64,000 nucleotides of DNA from Candidatus Bathyarchaeota archaeon (GTDB taxonomy: Archaea > Thermoproteota > Bathyarchaeia > Bathyarchaeales > Bathycorpusculaceae), in NCBI GenBank assembly GCA_963707955.1, contig OY970176.1:2272001-2336000 (forward strand), written 5' to 3'. The notes under the pieces were generated by a model. The model had not been told where the DNA came from and did no database searches. It saw nothing but the letters and a program-made list of their open reading frames with translations. The translations under genes and the position numbers were made by a program. Below, piece by piece: positions 49,399-59,195 of this stretch. Position 1 is the first letter of the stretch. The number at the start of each line of letters is the position of its first letter.

Positions 49399-50325
49399 TT
49401 GATAACTGCTTTGGCCGGAGGGGTTGGGGCTGCAAGATTCCTGTCTGGACTGGTCAGAGTTATCCCGGAGAAGGAACTGTCGGTGATTGTGAACACGGGT
49501 GATGACATCGAGCTCTACGGACTGCACGTTTCACCGGATCTCGACATAGTCTCGTACACTTTGGCAGGCATGGTCGATGAGGAGAAGGGTTGGGGGATAA
49601 AAGGAGACACGTTTCGTTGCCTCGAAATGTTGAGAAGTTTTGGATTTGAAACTTGGTTCAACTTGGGCGATAAGGACCTCGCAACGCATCTGTACAGAAC
49701 CGGTCTACTGAGGAGAGGACTAACGCTGTCTGAGGTGACGGCTGAAATATCACGTGCCTTGGGATTGAAGGTGAGGATTCTTCCGATGACTGACGACAGG
49801 TGTGAAACATGGGTAACAACCGAGGCAGGCTCCACACATTTTCAAGAGTACATGGTGAGACGAGGCGGGAGAGACGCCGTGTTAGACGTGAAACTTGTGG
49901 GAGCAGAGGCTGCCAAGGCTGCGCCAGGAGTCATTGACTCCATTCTTGGAAGCGAGTTGATTATCGTGTGCCCGAGCAATCCAATCGTTAGTATAGGCAC
50001 GATCCTGTCCTTAAGAGGAGTGAGAGAGGCTTTGAGACGGAGTAAGGCTCGAAAAATTGGGGTAAGTCCGATAGTTGCGGGTGCTCCAATAAGAGGCTAC
50101 GCGGATAAGTTGATGAGAGGGTTGGGGTTGGAGGTGTCAGCCTATTCTGTTGCTTGTCTTTACAAGGATTTTCTTGATGTCTTTGTGCTGGACGTTGTTG
50201 ATGAAGAGGAGAGGATGAGGATCGAAAGACTCGGGGTTGAAGTGGTCACGGCGAACACGATAATGAAGACGTTGGGGGACAGGGTTGAATTGGCGAGGAT
50301 TGTTGTGAAAGAGGGGGGAAGATGA
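49399..50325 (+). CDS. cofD: 2-phospho-L-lactate transferase
   Basis: LAGGVGAARFL, VNTGDD, SPDLD, WFNLGDKD, HFQEY, PSNPIVSIG. Confidence 0.95.
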   Translation: MITALAGGVGAARFLSGLVRVIPEKELSVIVNTGDDIELYGLHVSPDLDIVSYTLAGMVDEEKGWGIKGDTFRCLEMLRSFGFETWFNLGDKDLATHLYRTGLLRRGLTLSEVTAEISRALGLKVRILPMTDDRCETWVTTEAGSTHFQEYMVRRGGRDAVLDVKLVGAEAAKAAPGVIDSILGSELIIVCPSNPIVSIGTILSLRGVREALRRSKARKIGVSPIVAGAPIRGYADKLMRGLGLEVSAYSVACLYKDFLDVFVLDVVDEEERMRIERLGVEVVTANTIMKTLGDRVELARIVVKEGGR

Positions 50326-50449
50326 TGGCTGTTCTTCTTGTTGAACTTGGTCATAGCCGTCTTCGGTACGGGTTGGTATTAGGCGGTGTAATGCATAAGT
50401 TCAAGTTGCTTTCAAGTGTACGGCGTGTTTGTTGGAGGAGGGCTTAGGG

Positions 50450-51208
50450 TTGAACGCGGTTCAGGTGATCGCGGTGCAGGGGTTGCCTATCATAAGAACA
50501 GGGGACAGTGTTGCTAAGCTCGTGTGTGATGCGGCTCGGAGGCAGGGTACTCCGGTTCAGGACGGGGACATAGTGGTGGTTACGCATGTTTTTGTTTCGC
50601 GTGCTGAGGGAAGCGTTGTCGATCTTGATGAGGTTGTTCCGTCAGATTTTGCGAGATGCATAGCGGAGCAGTTTGGAAAGGACTCTGCTTTGGTGGAGGT
50701 TGTTCTTCGCGAGTCGAAGAGCATCAGCCGAATGGGTGATGGTATCCTCATTACGGAGACGAAGCATGGGTTTGTGTGTGCGAATTCTGGGGTTGACAGG
50801 TCTAACGTTCCTGGAGAGAGAAACGTGGCTTTGTTGCCTGTGGACCCTGATAGGTCGGCTGAGGCGATTAGGCGTGAAATGAAAAGATTGACTGGGTGTG
50901 AAGTGGCCGTGATTGTCTCTGACACGCATGGTCGTCCGCTTAGGCTTGGCGAGATAAACGTGGCCATAGGCGTCGCGGGGATTAAGCCTATCAGGGACAG
51001 GAGGGGGGAGAAGGATTTGTTTGGGTACGTGTTGAGAGTGAAGCAGACGGCGATTGCGGACGAGCTTGCTTCGGCTGCTGAGCTGGTGATTGGGCAAGCA
51101 AGTGAGGGCGTTCCTGTTGCCATAATCAGGGGGTACAAGTACGCCGGGTCTGATTCTGCGAAGGCCACGGAGCTTGTCAGGCCGAAAGAGAAAGACTTGT
51201 ACAGGTGA
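50450..51208 (+). CDS. cofE: coenzyme F420-0:L-glutamate ligase
   Basis: HGFVCANSGVDRSN, DTHGRPLR, AIADELASAAEL. Confidence 0.95.
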   Translation: MNAVQVIAVQGLPIIRTGDSVAKLVCDAARRQGTPVQDGDIVVVTHVFVSRAEGSVVDLDEVVPSDFARCIAEQFGKDSALVEVVLRESKSISRMGDGILITETKHGFVCANSGVDRSNVPGERNVALLPVDPDRSAEAIRREMKRLTGCEVAVIVSDTHGRPLRLGEINVAIGVAGIKPIRDRRGEKDLFGYVLRVKQTAIADELASAAELVIGQASEGVPVAIIRGYKYAGSDSAKATELVRPKEKDLYR

Positions 51209-51274
51209 GAACTCGGTTTCAAAGAGCCTTTTCTGTGCCGTGGGCCACATGATGCTGGTTACCGTCGAGTTGAT

Positions 51275-51384
51275 ACGCTACATCCCTGTGTTCGCGTTTT
51301 GGCCCCGTCTATTCCACCCTCCCCCTAGGGTGTTAGTACTGCACGTAGGCGTTCGGGTAGGTCCTACCGACTTTGCGTAGGCTT
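51275..51384 (+). repeat. ~110-bp direct repeat, copy 1 (partner 59196-59310)
   Basis: ACGCTACATCCCTGT.TTCGCGTTTT...CCCCCTAGGGTGTTAGTACTGCACGT.GGCGTTCG...CCTAC.GACTTTG. Confidence 0.85.
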
Positions 51385-51689
51385 AGGGCGGGGTGTGTGT
51401 GCGGGGCTCGGCGTGGAGTCTGGGGTGGGGTCGTGTTTCGCGCTTTATGGGAAGCCTCGTTCGTGTGGTGGAAGATTTGTTTTGGTGTTATAGAACATGT
51501 TGGGAATAATGGAGATATAGAATGAGTGGAGTATTGTTCTAGAAAATTTGCATGGATGTTTCATACTGAATTGTTTAAATATCGGTTATGAAGAATGGTT
51601 GGGGTGGAGGAAGACAGTAGACCTGTGTTGGCGGTTGTTTAGGGTGGTCTTGTTGTTCCTGTCTGCTCCTGTCAGGGAGGGATTAGTTA

Positions 51690-52079
51690 GTGCAAGCTTC
51701 GGATGAGAAGGATGTTGTTGAAGGGTTGAAGTCTGAGTGGAAGAGGTTGTGGACGGAGCGGTTTGATGATAAAGTTAGAGCTGAGGGGATTGCGAGTAGT
51801 GATTTTTCTGGTTTGTTTGTGGAGAGGGGGACGGTTATTTTTGCGACTAGGAATTTTAGGTTGTTGAGTTTTAGGGATGTTTTGGAGCGGCATGGGATAG
51901 TTGATGCGGGTAGGCATGTTCCTCCTGACATTCGTGTCGGGGGCTGGGGCAAGTTTGTTCGCTCGACCATTGCTAGTCGCGCGTTACCAGGGCGAGTTAG
52001 GAGGGCTGCTTCTTACGTGGCTGAGAAGAGCGAGAGACAGCAGTTGAAGAAGGGTGGAAGGGGCTGGGTTCATCTCTAG
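51690..52079 (+). CDS. conserved hypothetical protein
   Basis: GGGAGG RBS; 129-aa ORF with LWTERFDDKVRAEG, VGGWGKF, KKGGRGW. Confidence 0.75.
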   Translation: MQASDEKDVVEGLKSEWKRLWTERFDDKVRAEGIASSDFSGLFVERGTVIFATRNFRLLSFRDVLERHGIVDAGRHVPPDIRVGGWGKFVRSTIASRALPGRVRRAASYVAEKSERQQLKKGGRGWVHL

Positions 52080-52132
52080 GCCCATACGGTTTTGTGAGTA
52101 GACTAGCGCGGTGTGGTTTTCGCGGCTTTTTG

Positions 52133-52161
52133 TTGCATATACAATTTGCATATACGTTTTG
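52133..52161 (+). promoter_or_regulatory. tandem TTGCATATAC boxes, candidate operator
   Basis: Two 13-bp units directly upstream of the wHTH gene; three more at 59118-59156. Confidence 0.5.
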
Positions 52162-52185
52162 ATTGTGGTTTTTGAGGGGGTTTTC

Positions 52186-52509
52186 TTGGGTTATAGGCGG
52201 AAGTTGGATATCATAGCTGACATGCTGTCTGTGGCTAGTGGGGGTGCTAAGAAGACGCAGATTATGTATCAGGCTAATTTGAGTTATAGGCTTTTGACGA
52301 AGTATTTGGTTGAGGTTAGGAGGGCGTATCTTGTGAGTTTTGAGCGGGGGAGGCGTTGTTATGTTTTGACTTCGAAGGGAAGGCAGTTTCTATTGTTGTA
52401 TAAGGAGTATTCTAGGCGTACTAGGTATGTTGAGAAGCGTCTTGACGATGCTAATGGTAAGAAGAAGGTTTTAGAGAGTTTGTGTTCGAAGAGGAGCGGT
52501 GGGGGTTGA
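52186..52509 (+). CDS. winged-helix regulator (HTH_45/DUF4364, ArnR-like)
   Basis: RRKLDIIADML..KKTQIMYQANLSY..YVLTSKG. Confidence 0.9.
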   Translation: MGYRRKLDIIADMLSVASGGAKKTQIMYQANLSYRLLTKYLVEVRRAYLVSFERGRRCYVLTSKGRQFLLLYKEYSRRTRYVEKRLDDANGKKKVLESLCSKRSGGG

Positions 52510-52516
52510 GTAAGCT

Positions 52517-53005
52517 TTGAAAAGGTTTAGGACTGTTTGCCTTGTTCTTTCGCTTTGCTTAATTGTGCTTTTCATCGTGCGCAGTGTTACGTTTTCTTAT
52601 GCATCAACTGAGTCGGATGCAAGTTCAGCTATAGTTCAGGCTGAGCAGAGAATCGAAGGGTGCTATTCAGCAGCTGCGGACGCGGAGAAGGCTGGGGCAA
52701 ACGTGACCGGTCTGCTCTCTGTTCTTGACGATGCTGGGATGCTGTTGTCTAAGGCTAAACTGGCCTTTCAGAATGGGGATTTCGATTCTGCTTACGGTCT
52801 GGCTGTTCAGAGTAACTCGACGCTCACCGGGTTTGAAGCGCAGGCAGGTTCCTTGAGGAACACGGCGGCCCAGCAGGGACGCGTGGATTTCTTGGTTAAC
52901 GTTGTGGGGTCCACGGCGGGGACGTTTGCCGTCATAGTCATCGGTTTGTTGCTCTGGTTTAGTCTGAAGAAAAGATACGAGAAGTCTGGAAGCGTTACAA
53001 GATGA
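52517..53005 (+). CDS. hypothetical membrane protein
   Basis: N- and C-terminal TM segments with helical AEKAGANVTGLL ectodomain. Confidence 0.75.
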   Translation: MKRFRTVCLVLSLCLIVLFIVRSVTFSYASTESDASSAIVQAEQRIEGCYSAAADAEKAGANVTGLLSVLDDAGMLLSKAKLAFQNGDFDSAYGLAVQSNSTLTGFEAQAGSLRNTAAQQGRVDFLVNVVGSTAGTFAVIVIGLLLWFSLKKRYEKSGSVTR

Positions 53006-53598
53006 ACATAAAGAAAATCGGTGTTCCCTTTTTCGTCGTCGTGGCGATCGTGGCTTTGCTGGTGGCTTCGCCCGCGCTCAGCAGGGTTCTCGTGTTTCCC
53101 CGAAAGTTTTTCACTGAGCTTTATATTCTTGGGTCTAACGGCACGGCTGAGAACTATCCGTTTAACATTTCTTCTGGCCAGAGTTACACTGTAACTCTCG
53201 GCATTGGTAACCAATTAGGCTACTGTGCCTACTATGTGGTTGAGGTGAAGTTTCGAAATGAGACTCAGTCGGCTCCGAGCAGTTTCGACAGCACGCCGAG
53301 CAGTTTGCCTTCGCTTTTCAACATAACTGCTTTTGTGGCTGACCAAGGTGTTTGGGAGATGCCTCTGACGTTTTCTTGGAGCTATCAGTACAATGCGACG
53401 CTGCTTGAGGTCGATTTCGTTAACATGACGTTGAACGATGTTGTGCTGGACCTGCATGGTTCCAGTACGGCTTGGAACGCTACTGAGAGCAAGTTTTATG
53501 GTGACCTGGTTTTTGAGCTGTGGATTTTCAACGCTACGACAAGCGTTTTTCAGTATCATGAGCGTTTCGTGGATTTGAAGTTGAACATGACGGTGTAG
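53002..53598 (+). CDS. DUF1616 domain protein
   Basis: FTELYILG..AENYP..GIGNQLG..LVFELW. Confidence 0.8.
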   Translation: MNIKKIGVPFFVVVAIVALLVASPALSRVLVFPRKFFTELYILGSNGTAENYPFNISSGQSYTVTLGIGNQLGYCAYYVVEVKFRNETQSAPSSFDSTPSSLPSLFNITAFVADQGVWEMPLTFSWSYQYNATLLEVDFVNMTLNDVVLDLHGSSTAWNATESKFYGDLVFELWIFNATTSVFQYHERFVDLKLNMTV

Positions 53599-53611
53599 GC
53601 GGCTGACGTTT

Positions 53612-54400
53612 TTGAGCCAGTACAAGGTTAGGAATTTCAGGCGCGGAGATGAAGAGGCGATTGTCAAGCTTTTTGATCAAGTGTACGAGGGTTATGGCGG
53701 CTATGTTCCCAGAACCGTGGAGTATTGGCGTTGGAGTTGTCTTCAGAGGCCTGATGTGAAGGAGGGTGGGGTTTTTGTGGTTTCTGAAGATGAGGGCAGC
53801 GGTCTTTTGGGTTACGCGGTTGTGGGTTCCTCTGGCAACATTTGGGAGTTCTGCGTGGCGGATGGAGAGAAGGAGGCAGCGCGGGTTCTCTTGGCCGAGG
53901 CTGTGAAGTATCTTGAAGGAGTTGGGGTTTCTTCGGTGAGCGTTAACGTTCCTTGCAACGCCGATGTGGCTGAGGTTTTGGTTGAGGCTGGTTTCGGTGA
54001 GGTTCCTGCTGAGAGGATGTTTGTCACGTCTGTGAGTCCTGCAATGCTGGTTCAGGCCTTTGTGGGTTCTTGGAAGAGCAGGGAGGTGGGCGGGTTTGAT
54101 GATGTTTTGGGTTTTCGCCTGCGTGACGTGCCCTTCGGTGTCGGTGGAGAGTTTTCTGTTAAGGCTCGTGGCGGGGCGGTGGAGGTTGGTGAGGGTTTTC
54201 CTTCGGGCGCGTCGGTTGTTGTTGAGATGGGTTTCATGGATTTTCTGTCGGTGCTCTTTAAAGGTTCGAGTGCTGGCCGGTTGTTTCTTGCAGGTAAGAT
54301 GCGTGTTAAGCCGTTTCGGAAGTTCGGTGTGGCTTTGAGGTTTTTGAGTGCGATTCGTTTGACGCGTTCATGGTTTTTTCCGTTGAGTGATTTCGGCTGA
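53612..54400 (+). CDS. GNAT N-acyltransferase with C-terminal SCP2-like domain
   Basis: VRNFRRGDEEAI..RTVEYWRW; C-terminal RLFLAGKMRV. Confidence 0.75.
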   Translation: MSQYKVRNFRRGDEEAIVKLFDQVYEGYGGYVPRTVEYWRWSCLQRPDVKEGGVFVVSEDEGSGLLGYAVVGSSGNIWEFCVADGEKEAARVLLAEAVKYLEGVGVSSVSVNVPCNADVAEVLVEAGFGEVPAERMFVTSVSPAMLVQAFVGSWKSREVGGFDDVLGFRLRDVPFGVGGEFSVKARGGAVEVGEGFPSGASVVVEMGFMDFLSVLFKGSSAGRLFLAGKMRVKPFRKFGVALRFLSAIRLTRSWFFPLSDFG

Positions 54401-55225
54401 TGTTTATGGTTGAGTCTTTTGTTTGTCGTTCGCTTCGCGTGGAGGATGAGGGGGCAGTTAGGGCTTTGGTTGGGTCGAGTTTCAGCGGTTTTTTTGGGGG
54501 GAGGTTTTGGGACTGGAAGTATCTGGAGAGTCCGGGTTTTGACCGTTCATGGGTAGCAGTGGCTGAGGAAGGGGGCAGGATCATTGGGTGTAATCATTGG
54601 CTTTTTCGAAGCTTCAAGGTTTCAGGTTCGGTTGTGGTTGACGCCGCCTTGGGCGCCGACATCGCGGTTGTTCCTGAGTATCGAAAAAGGGGTGTTGGGA
54701 GGGCTTTGATTTATTTTATGAGGGGGAAGCATGCTGACAGGAGGTTGCCGTTGATGTACATGTTTGCTGACCCTGCGTTGAGCAGGCATTTTCACACGCC
54801 TGTTGCGGGTTACGTTCCCGTTGAGCATGGCACGGCGTTGTACACGAAGATTCTGAATTGGAACAAGGTTGAGAGCAGCGCGGGTACCTTCAGCGAGAGG
54901 GCGAAGGCTTGGAGAGTTCGGTGACAGGCTTTCGAAGGTTGATCTGACGGTGGTTTTCAGAGTGCGGGGTGCTCCGCCGCTGCGTCTGCAGGTGAACCGT
55001 GACAGGGTGAAGGCTGATGTTTCTGAGGGCGGCGCGGACGTTACGGTGTCGGGTGACGTGGCGACTTTAGCCTTGATTAAGGGTCAGGGCAGGGGTGGAA
55101 GGTGGAGTCTCGTTCGGGCCGTGGTGACTGGCAGGTTGAGGTTGAGGGGTAGCCCTCTGAAGATGCTCTTGTTGTACAGGAGCATGTGGGTGTTTCGAGA
55201 AGTGTTCAGTGGAAAGATGACTTAG
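54400..55225 (+). pseudogene. GNAT N-acyltransferase + SCP2-like domain, frameshifted near 54903 (or sequencing indel)
   Basis: DIAVVPEYRKRGVGRAL; second ORF ADVTVSGD..VTGRLRLRG continues the protein. Confidence 0.75.
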
Positions 55226-55244
55226 ACTTAGAGGGTTAAGCGGC

Positions 55245-56528
55245 ATGGCTGGAAAGTTTTGGAACAGGAAGGTTCAGATCGCGTCGGTCAGCGAGTTGAG
55301 GGCTTTGCAGCTTAGGCTTTTGAAGAGGCAGGTTCACTTTGCCTTTGAGAATAGCAGGTTTTATCGTCGCAAGTTTAAGGAGAGCGGCGTTGGCGTTCCG
55401 CGGGTTCGGAGTTTAAACGACGTGGAGAAGCTGCCCTTCACGTCTCGTGAGGAGCTTGAACGGAATTTTTGGACTGTGCTTTCGGTTCCGTTTTCTGATG
55501 TTTCGACTCTTCGCATGTCCAGTGGCAGCACGGGTCTTCCGTTGGCGGTGGCTCACACGCAGAAAGACGTTGAGAACATCGCTGAGGCTTCTGCTAGGAA
55601 GCTTACTTATCACGGAGTCACCGGGAAGGACGTGTTACAGGTCACGTCTGCGTACGGTCTGTGGCAGGGAGCCTGGTCCGTTCATTGGGGCGCGGAGAAG
55701 GTCGGCGCGTGCGTGATTCCTGTCGGCGCCGGAGATACTGAGAGGCAGATTCGTATTATCAAGCAGTTTAAGACGACGGTTCTTTACGGGGTGACTAATT
55801 ATCATCTCAGAATTGCCGAGGTTGCTAAGGCTTTGGGAGAAGTTTTGAGCGATTATAGCCTGTGGCTCGGGGTCTGCGTGGCGGAGAAGCCTAGCAGGCA
55901 GCAGGTTGAGACGTTGAAGAAGGAGTTTGGTTATGAAAAAATCGCGTTAGATTATGGTGCAACGGAGTTTCCTGGTTTTTCGGTCAACTGCGAACAGGGC
56001 GATTTTCATCATGTTTGGGCGGATTATTATCTGATTGAAGCTGTGGATCCAGAGACGCATGAACTGTGTGAAGACGGAGACAGGGGTGAGCTTGCCATCA
56101 CGAGCTTGCAGAGGCAAGCGTTTCCTCTGATTAGGTATCTTTCGCGTGACGTGACCAAGTTTCTGGGCTTTGAAAAGTGCTCGTGCGGTATGGCTCATCC
56201 GCGGGTCAGCGTTGAGATTGACCGTGAGGATTTTATGACGAAGATTCGTGGGGTGCCCGTGTTTCCAGGCCAGGTTGAGCTGATACTGGGCAGGTTTTCC
56301 GAGCTCACTGGCAAGTGCCAATTGATCGTTGATAAGCGGACGCCTCAGCATGAGGCCAGTTTGAAGGTTGAAACGCAGAACATTCTTTCGCAGGTTGACA
56401 AAAAAACCATTGCGCGGGCGATTGTTGAAGAGGTCAAGAACAGGGTTGGAATAACGTTCAACGAAGTGGTCTTTGTTCCTTCAGGAACTTTCGAGGCCAA
56501 GTATAAGAAGGCACTTGTCGTAACCTGA
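55245..56528 (+). CDS. phenylacetate-CoA ligase (PaaK)-like adenylate-forming enzyme
   Basis: LPFTSREEL, MSSGSTG, DYGATE, IEAVDPET, PLIRY. Confidence 0.85.
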   Translation: MAGKFWNRKVQIASVSELRALQLRLLKRQVHFAFENSRFYRRKFKESGVGVPRVRSLNDVEKLPFTSREELERNFWTVLSVPFSDVSTLRMSSGSTGLPLAVAHTQKDVENIAEASARKLTYHGVTGKDVLQVTSAYGLWQGAWSVHWGAEKVGACVIPVGAGDTERQIRIIKQFKTTVLYGVTNYHLRIAEVAKALGEVLSDYSLWLGVCVAEKPSRQQVETLKKEFGYEKIALDYGATEFPGFSVNCEQGDFHHVWADYYLIEAVDPETHELCEDGDRGELAITSLQRQAFPLIRYLSRDVTKFLGFEKCSCGMAHPRVSVEIDREDFMTKIRGVPVFPGQVELILGRFSELTGKCQLIVDKRTPQHEASLKVETQNILSQVDKKTIARAIVEEVKNRVGITFNEVVFVPSGTFEAKYKKALVVT

Positions 56529-56534
56529 CATTGC

Positions 56535-57839
56535 TTGATACTTGCGGTTTTCAGGGCGCTTTCTATGATTGTCTGTCTCTCGGTGTCGCATAAGAAGGCA
56601 GGTTTGCCCATGCTTGAATCGGTCACTTTTCGAAACGAAGGTGAGGTTGCGAGGGCTCTTTGTAAGGAAGGCATGCTTCAGGAGTGCGTTGTTCTGCAGA
56701 CTTGTCACCGCGTCGAGGTCTACGGTGTGGCTCAGGATTCGATGAAGAATGGTTCAGTGAATCGGATACTGAGGTTTTGGAGTTCAAGGGTTGGGGTTAG
56801 CTATGACGTGTTGAGCAGGGTTTACGAGTTCTATGTGGGAAAGGAGGCTTTGGCTCATCTTTTTTCTTTAGCAGCCGGCTTGGAGTCGATGGTAGTTGGT
56901 GAGGACCAGATTCTCGGCCAAGTGCGGACGGCTTACGTGAAGGCGAAGAAGCTTGGCAGTGTGGGGCACGTTCTTGACAGGACTTTTATGAAGGCTGTTA
57001 ACACTGGCAGAAGGGTCAGGAGCGAGACGAAGATTAATGAGGGTTCGGTTTCGGTCAGTTCCGCCGCGGTGGACCTGGCTGCGAGGGAACTTGGAGGCCT
57101 TGAGCATGTTAGGGCTCTTGTAATCGGTGCTGGCGAAGCTGCTTCCATCGCTGCAGACGCTTTGAGAAGGAGAAGGGCGAAGGAGATCGTTGTTGCAAAC
57201 AGGTCCCTTGCTAAGGGTGCTGCTCTTGCTGCAGAGGTGTCTGGAAGAGTTGTGGGTCTTGATGCTGTTTACGATGTGCTTCCATCTGTGGACTTGGTCG
57301 TTGCGGCGGTTTCGGTTGATAAGCCGATTGTTGAAGCTCGTCGCGCTAAGAAAGCACTTGCTAGGAATAGCGGTTCTAGGCTTCTTGTGGTCGATATTTC
57401 TCAGCCTAGGGCGGTGGAGGAGGCTGTGGGTCTGCTTCGAGGAGTCGTTTTGAGGAACATTGAGGATCTTAAGGGGATCGTTGAGGAGAATGTTCAGAAG
57501 CGTCGTGTGGAAGCTGAGAAGGCTCGATTGCTTGTTGCTGAGGAGCTGGAATTGTTTGAGCGGGAGCTTTCGTGGGTTCTTGTTGAGCCTTTGGTCTCGG
57601 CGATCTATCGGAGTTTGGAAGCTGTGAGGCGTAGAGAGTTTGACAGGGCCGTTCGGAAGATGGCTGAGTCGGATGTGAAGAAGGTTATGGTTGTGGAACG
57701 GTTTTCCATGGAGCTTGTTGAAAGGATCATGCAGGTTCCAACCGAGGAGTTGAAGAAGGCTGCATTAGAAAGTGAAAGCGAACTGCTGTCGGCTGCTGGA
57801 AGATTGTTTAAGGTGAAGGGCGAGGAGGAGCATGAGTAG
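56535..57839 (+). CDS. hemA: glutamyl-tRNA reductase
   Basis: QTCHRVE, GLESMVVGEDQILGQV, IGAGE, VANRS, DISQPR. Confidence 0.95.
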   Translation: MILAVFRALSMIVCLSVSHKKAGLPMLESVTFRNEGEVARALCKEGMLQECVVLQTCHRVEVYGVAQDSMKNGSVNRILRFWSSRVGVSYDVLSRVYEFYVGKEALAHLFSLAAGLESMVVGEDQILGQVRTAYVKAKKLGSVGHVLDRTFMKAVNTGRRVRSETKINEGSVSVSSAAVDLAARELGGLEHVRALVIGAGEAASIAADALRRRRAKEIVVANRSLAKGAALAAEVSGRVVGLDAVYDVLPSVDLVVAAVSVDKPIVEARRAKKALARNSGSRLLVVDISQPRAVEEAVGLLRGVVLRNIEDLKGIVEENVQKRRVEAEKARLLVAEELELFERELSWVLVEPLVSAIYRSLEAVRRREFDRAVRKMAESDVKKVMVVERFSMELVERIMQVPTEELKKAALESESELLSAAGRLFKVKGEEEHE

Positions 57840-59100
57840 GTCTGAGAGGCTTTATGAAAAGGCTAAGAAGCTGATGCCGGGCGGAGTGAACAGTCCTGTT
57901 AGGGCTTTCTTGCCTTACCCGTTTTTTACGAGAAGCGCAAAGGGGTCGAGGCTGTTTGACGTTGATGGAAAAGAGTATATTGATTATTGTATGGGTTATG
58001 GGCCGTTGATATTAGGCCATGCTTATCCGAAGGTCATCGACGCTGTGAGAACGCAGCTTGAGGATGGAACGTTGTTCGGCACTCCGTCTGAGCAGGAGGT
58101 GGAGCTTGCTGAGCTCGTGTGCAAGTTTGTGCCTTCGGCGGAGATGGTTCGTCTTGTGAGCACGGGCGGTGAGGCGACGATGAGTGCGATACGTTTGGCT
58201 AGGGGTTTTACGGGTAGGAAGAAGATTATCAAGTTTGAAGGGTGCTATCACGGTGCGCATGACTCGGTGCTTGTGAAGGCTGGTTCTGGTGCGGAGACGT
58301 TTGGGATGCCTGATTCGCTTGGGGTTCCTGAGGAGACGGCTAGGAACACGGTTGTTGTGCCTTTCAATGATGTTGCCGCGTTTGAGGCGGCGGTGAAGAA
58401 GGAGCAGAAGGATCTTGCGGCGGTGATTGTTGAGCCTGTTATAGGTAATATCGGTGTGGTGTTGCCGAAGGAGGGTTTTTTGGAGTCTTTGCGGGAAGTT
58501 ACTGAGTACTTTGGTGTGGTGTTGGTTTTTGATGAGGTGATTACGGGGTTTAGGCTTGCGCTTGGTGGGGCTCAGATGTTTTATGGTGTTAAGCCTGATT
58601 TGACATCGTTGGGCAAGGTTTTAGGCGGGGGTTTTCCGTTGGCAGCTTATGCTGGTAGAGAAGAGATTATGCGGATGGTTGCGCCTTCTGGGAAAGTGTA
58701 CCAGGCGGGCACGTTCAGCGGTAATCCGATTAGCGTTGCGGCTGGTTTGGCTACGTTGCGGGTTCTGCGGGGCAGGAAGGGTTTCTACTCTGAGTTGGAG
58801 AGGAAGTGTGAGAAACTGGTTAAGGGGTTAGAAGGTATAGCGGAGGGTTTGGGTTTGAGGGTTCAGGTTAACCATGTGGGTTCGATGTTTCAGATGTTTC
58901 TCACAGGCGAGCCTGTCTTCGATTATGCTAGTGCGAAGAAGAGTGACAGTAAGAAGTTTATGGTTGTGCACCGGAAGCTTCTGGACGGGGGCGTGTTTGT
59001 TCCGCCTTCGCAGTACGAAACGTGCTTCTTGTCTGCGGCTCACAAGGACATGGACTTAGCGAAGACTGTCGAATGCTATGAGCGGGCTCTTCAGTTTTAA
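57832..59100 (+). CDS. hemL: glutamate-1-semialdehyde 2,1-aminomutase
   Basis: PGGVNSPVRA, FEGCYHG, FDEVITGFR, GKVLGGGFP, QAGTFSGNP. Confidence 0.97.
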   Translation: MSRSERLYEKAKKLMPGGVNSPVRAFLPYPFFTRSAKGSRLFDVDGKEYIDYCMGYGPLILGHAYPKVIDAVRTQLEDGTLFGTPSEQEVELAELVCKFVPSAEMVRLVSTGGEATMSAIRLARGFTGRKKIIKFEGCYHGAHDSVLVKAGSGAETFGMPDSLGVPEETARNTVVVPFNDVAAFEAAVKKEQKDLAAVIVEPVIGNIGVVLPKEGFLESLREVTEYFGVVLVFDEVITGFRLALGGAQMFYGVKPDLTSLGKVLGGGFPLAAYAGREEIMRMVAPSGKVYQAGTFSGNPISVAAGLATLRVLRGRKGFYSELERKCEKLVKGLEGIAEGLGLRVQVNHVGSMFQMFLTGEPVFDYASAKKSDSKKFMVVHRKLLDGGVFVPPSQYETCFLSAAHKDMDLAKTVECYERALQF

Positions 59101-59117
59101 TTTCTGAACTTTTTTCA

Positions 59118-59156
59118 AATGTATATACGTTTTGCATATACGTTTTGTATATACAG
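59118..59156 (+). promoter_or_regulatory. 3 x 13-bp TTG(C/T)ATATACGT tandem boxes
   Basis: tgtatatacgt tttgcatatacgt tttgtatataca; same motif as 52133-52161. Confidence 0.5.
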
Positions 59157-59195
59157 TCGACGTCTGCTTGGCTTTCGTTCCGTGTGGATGGGTGG

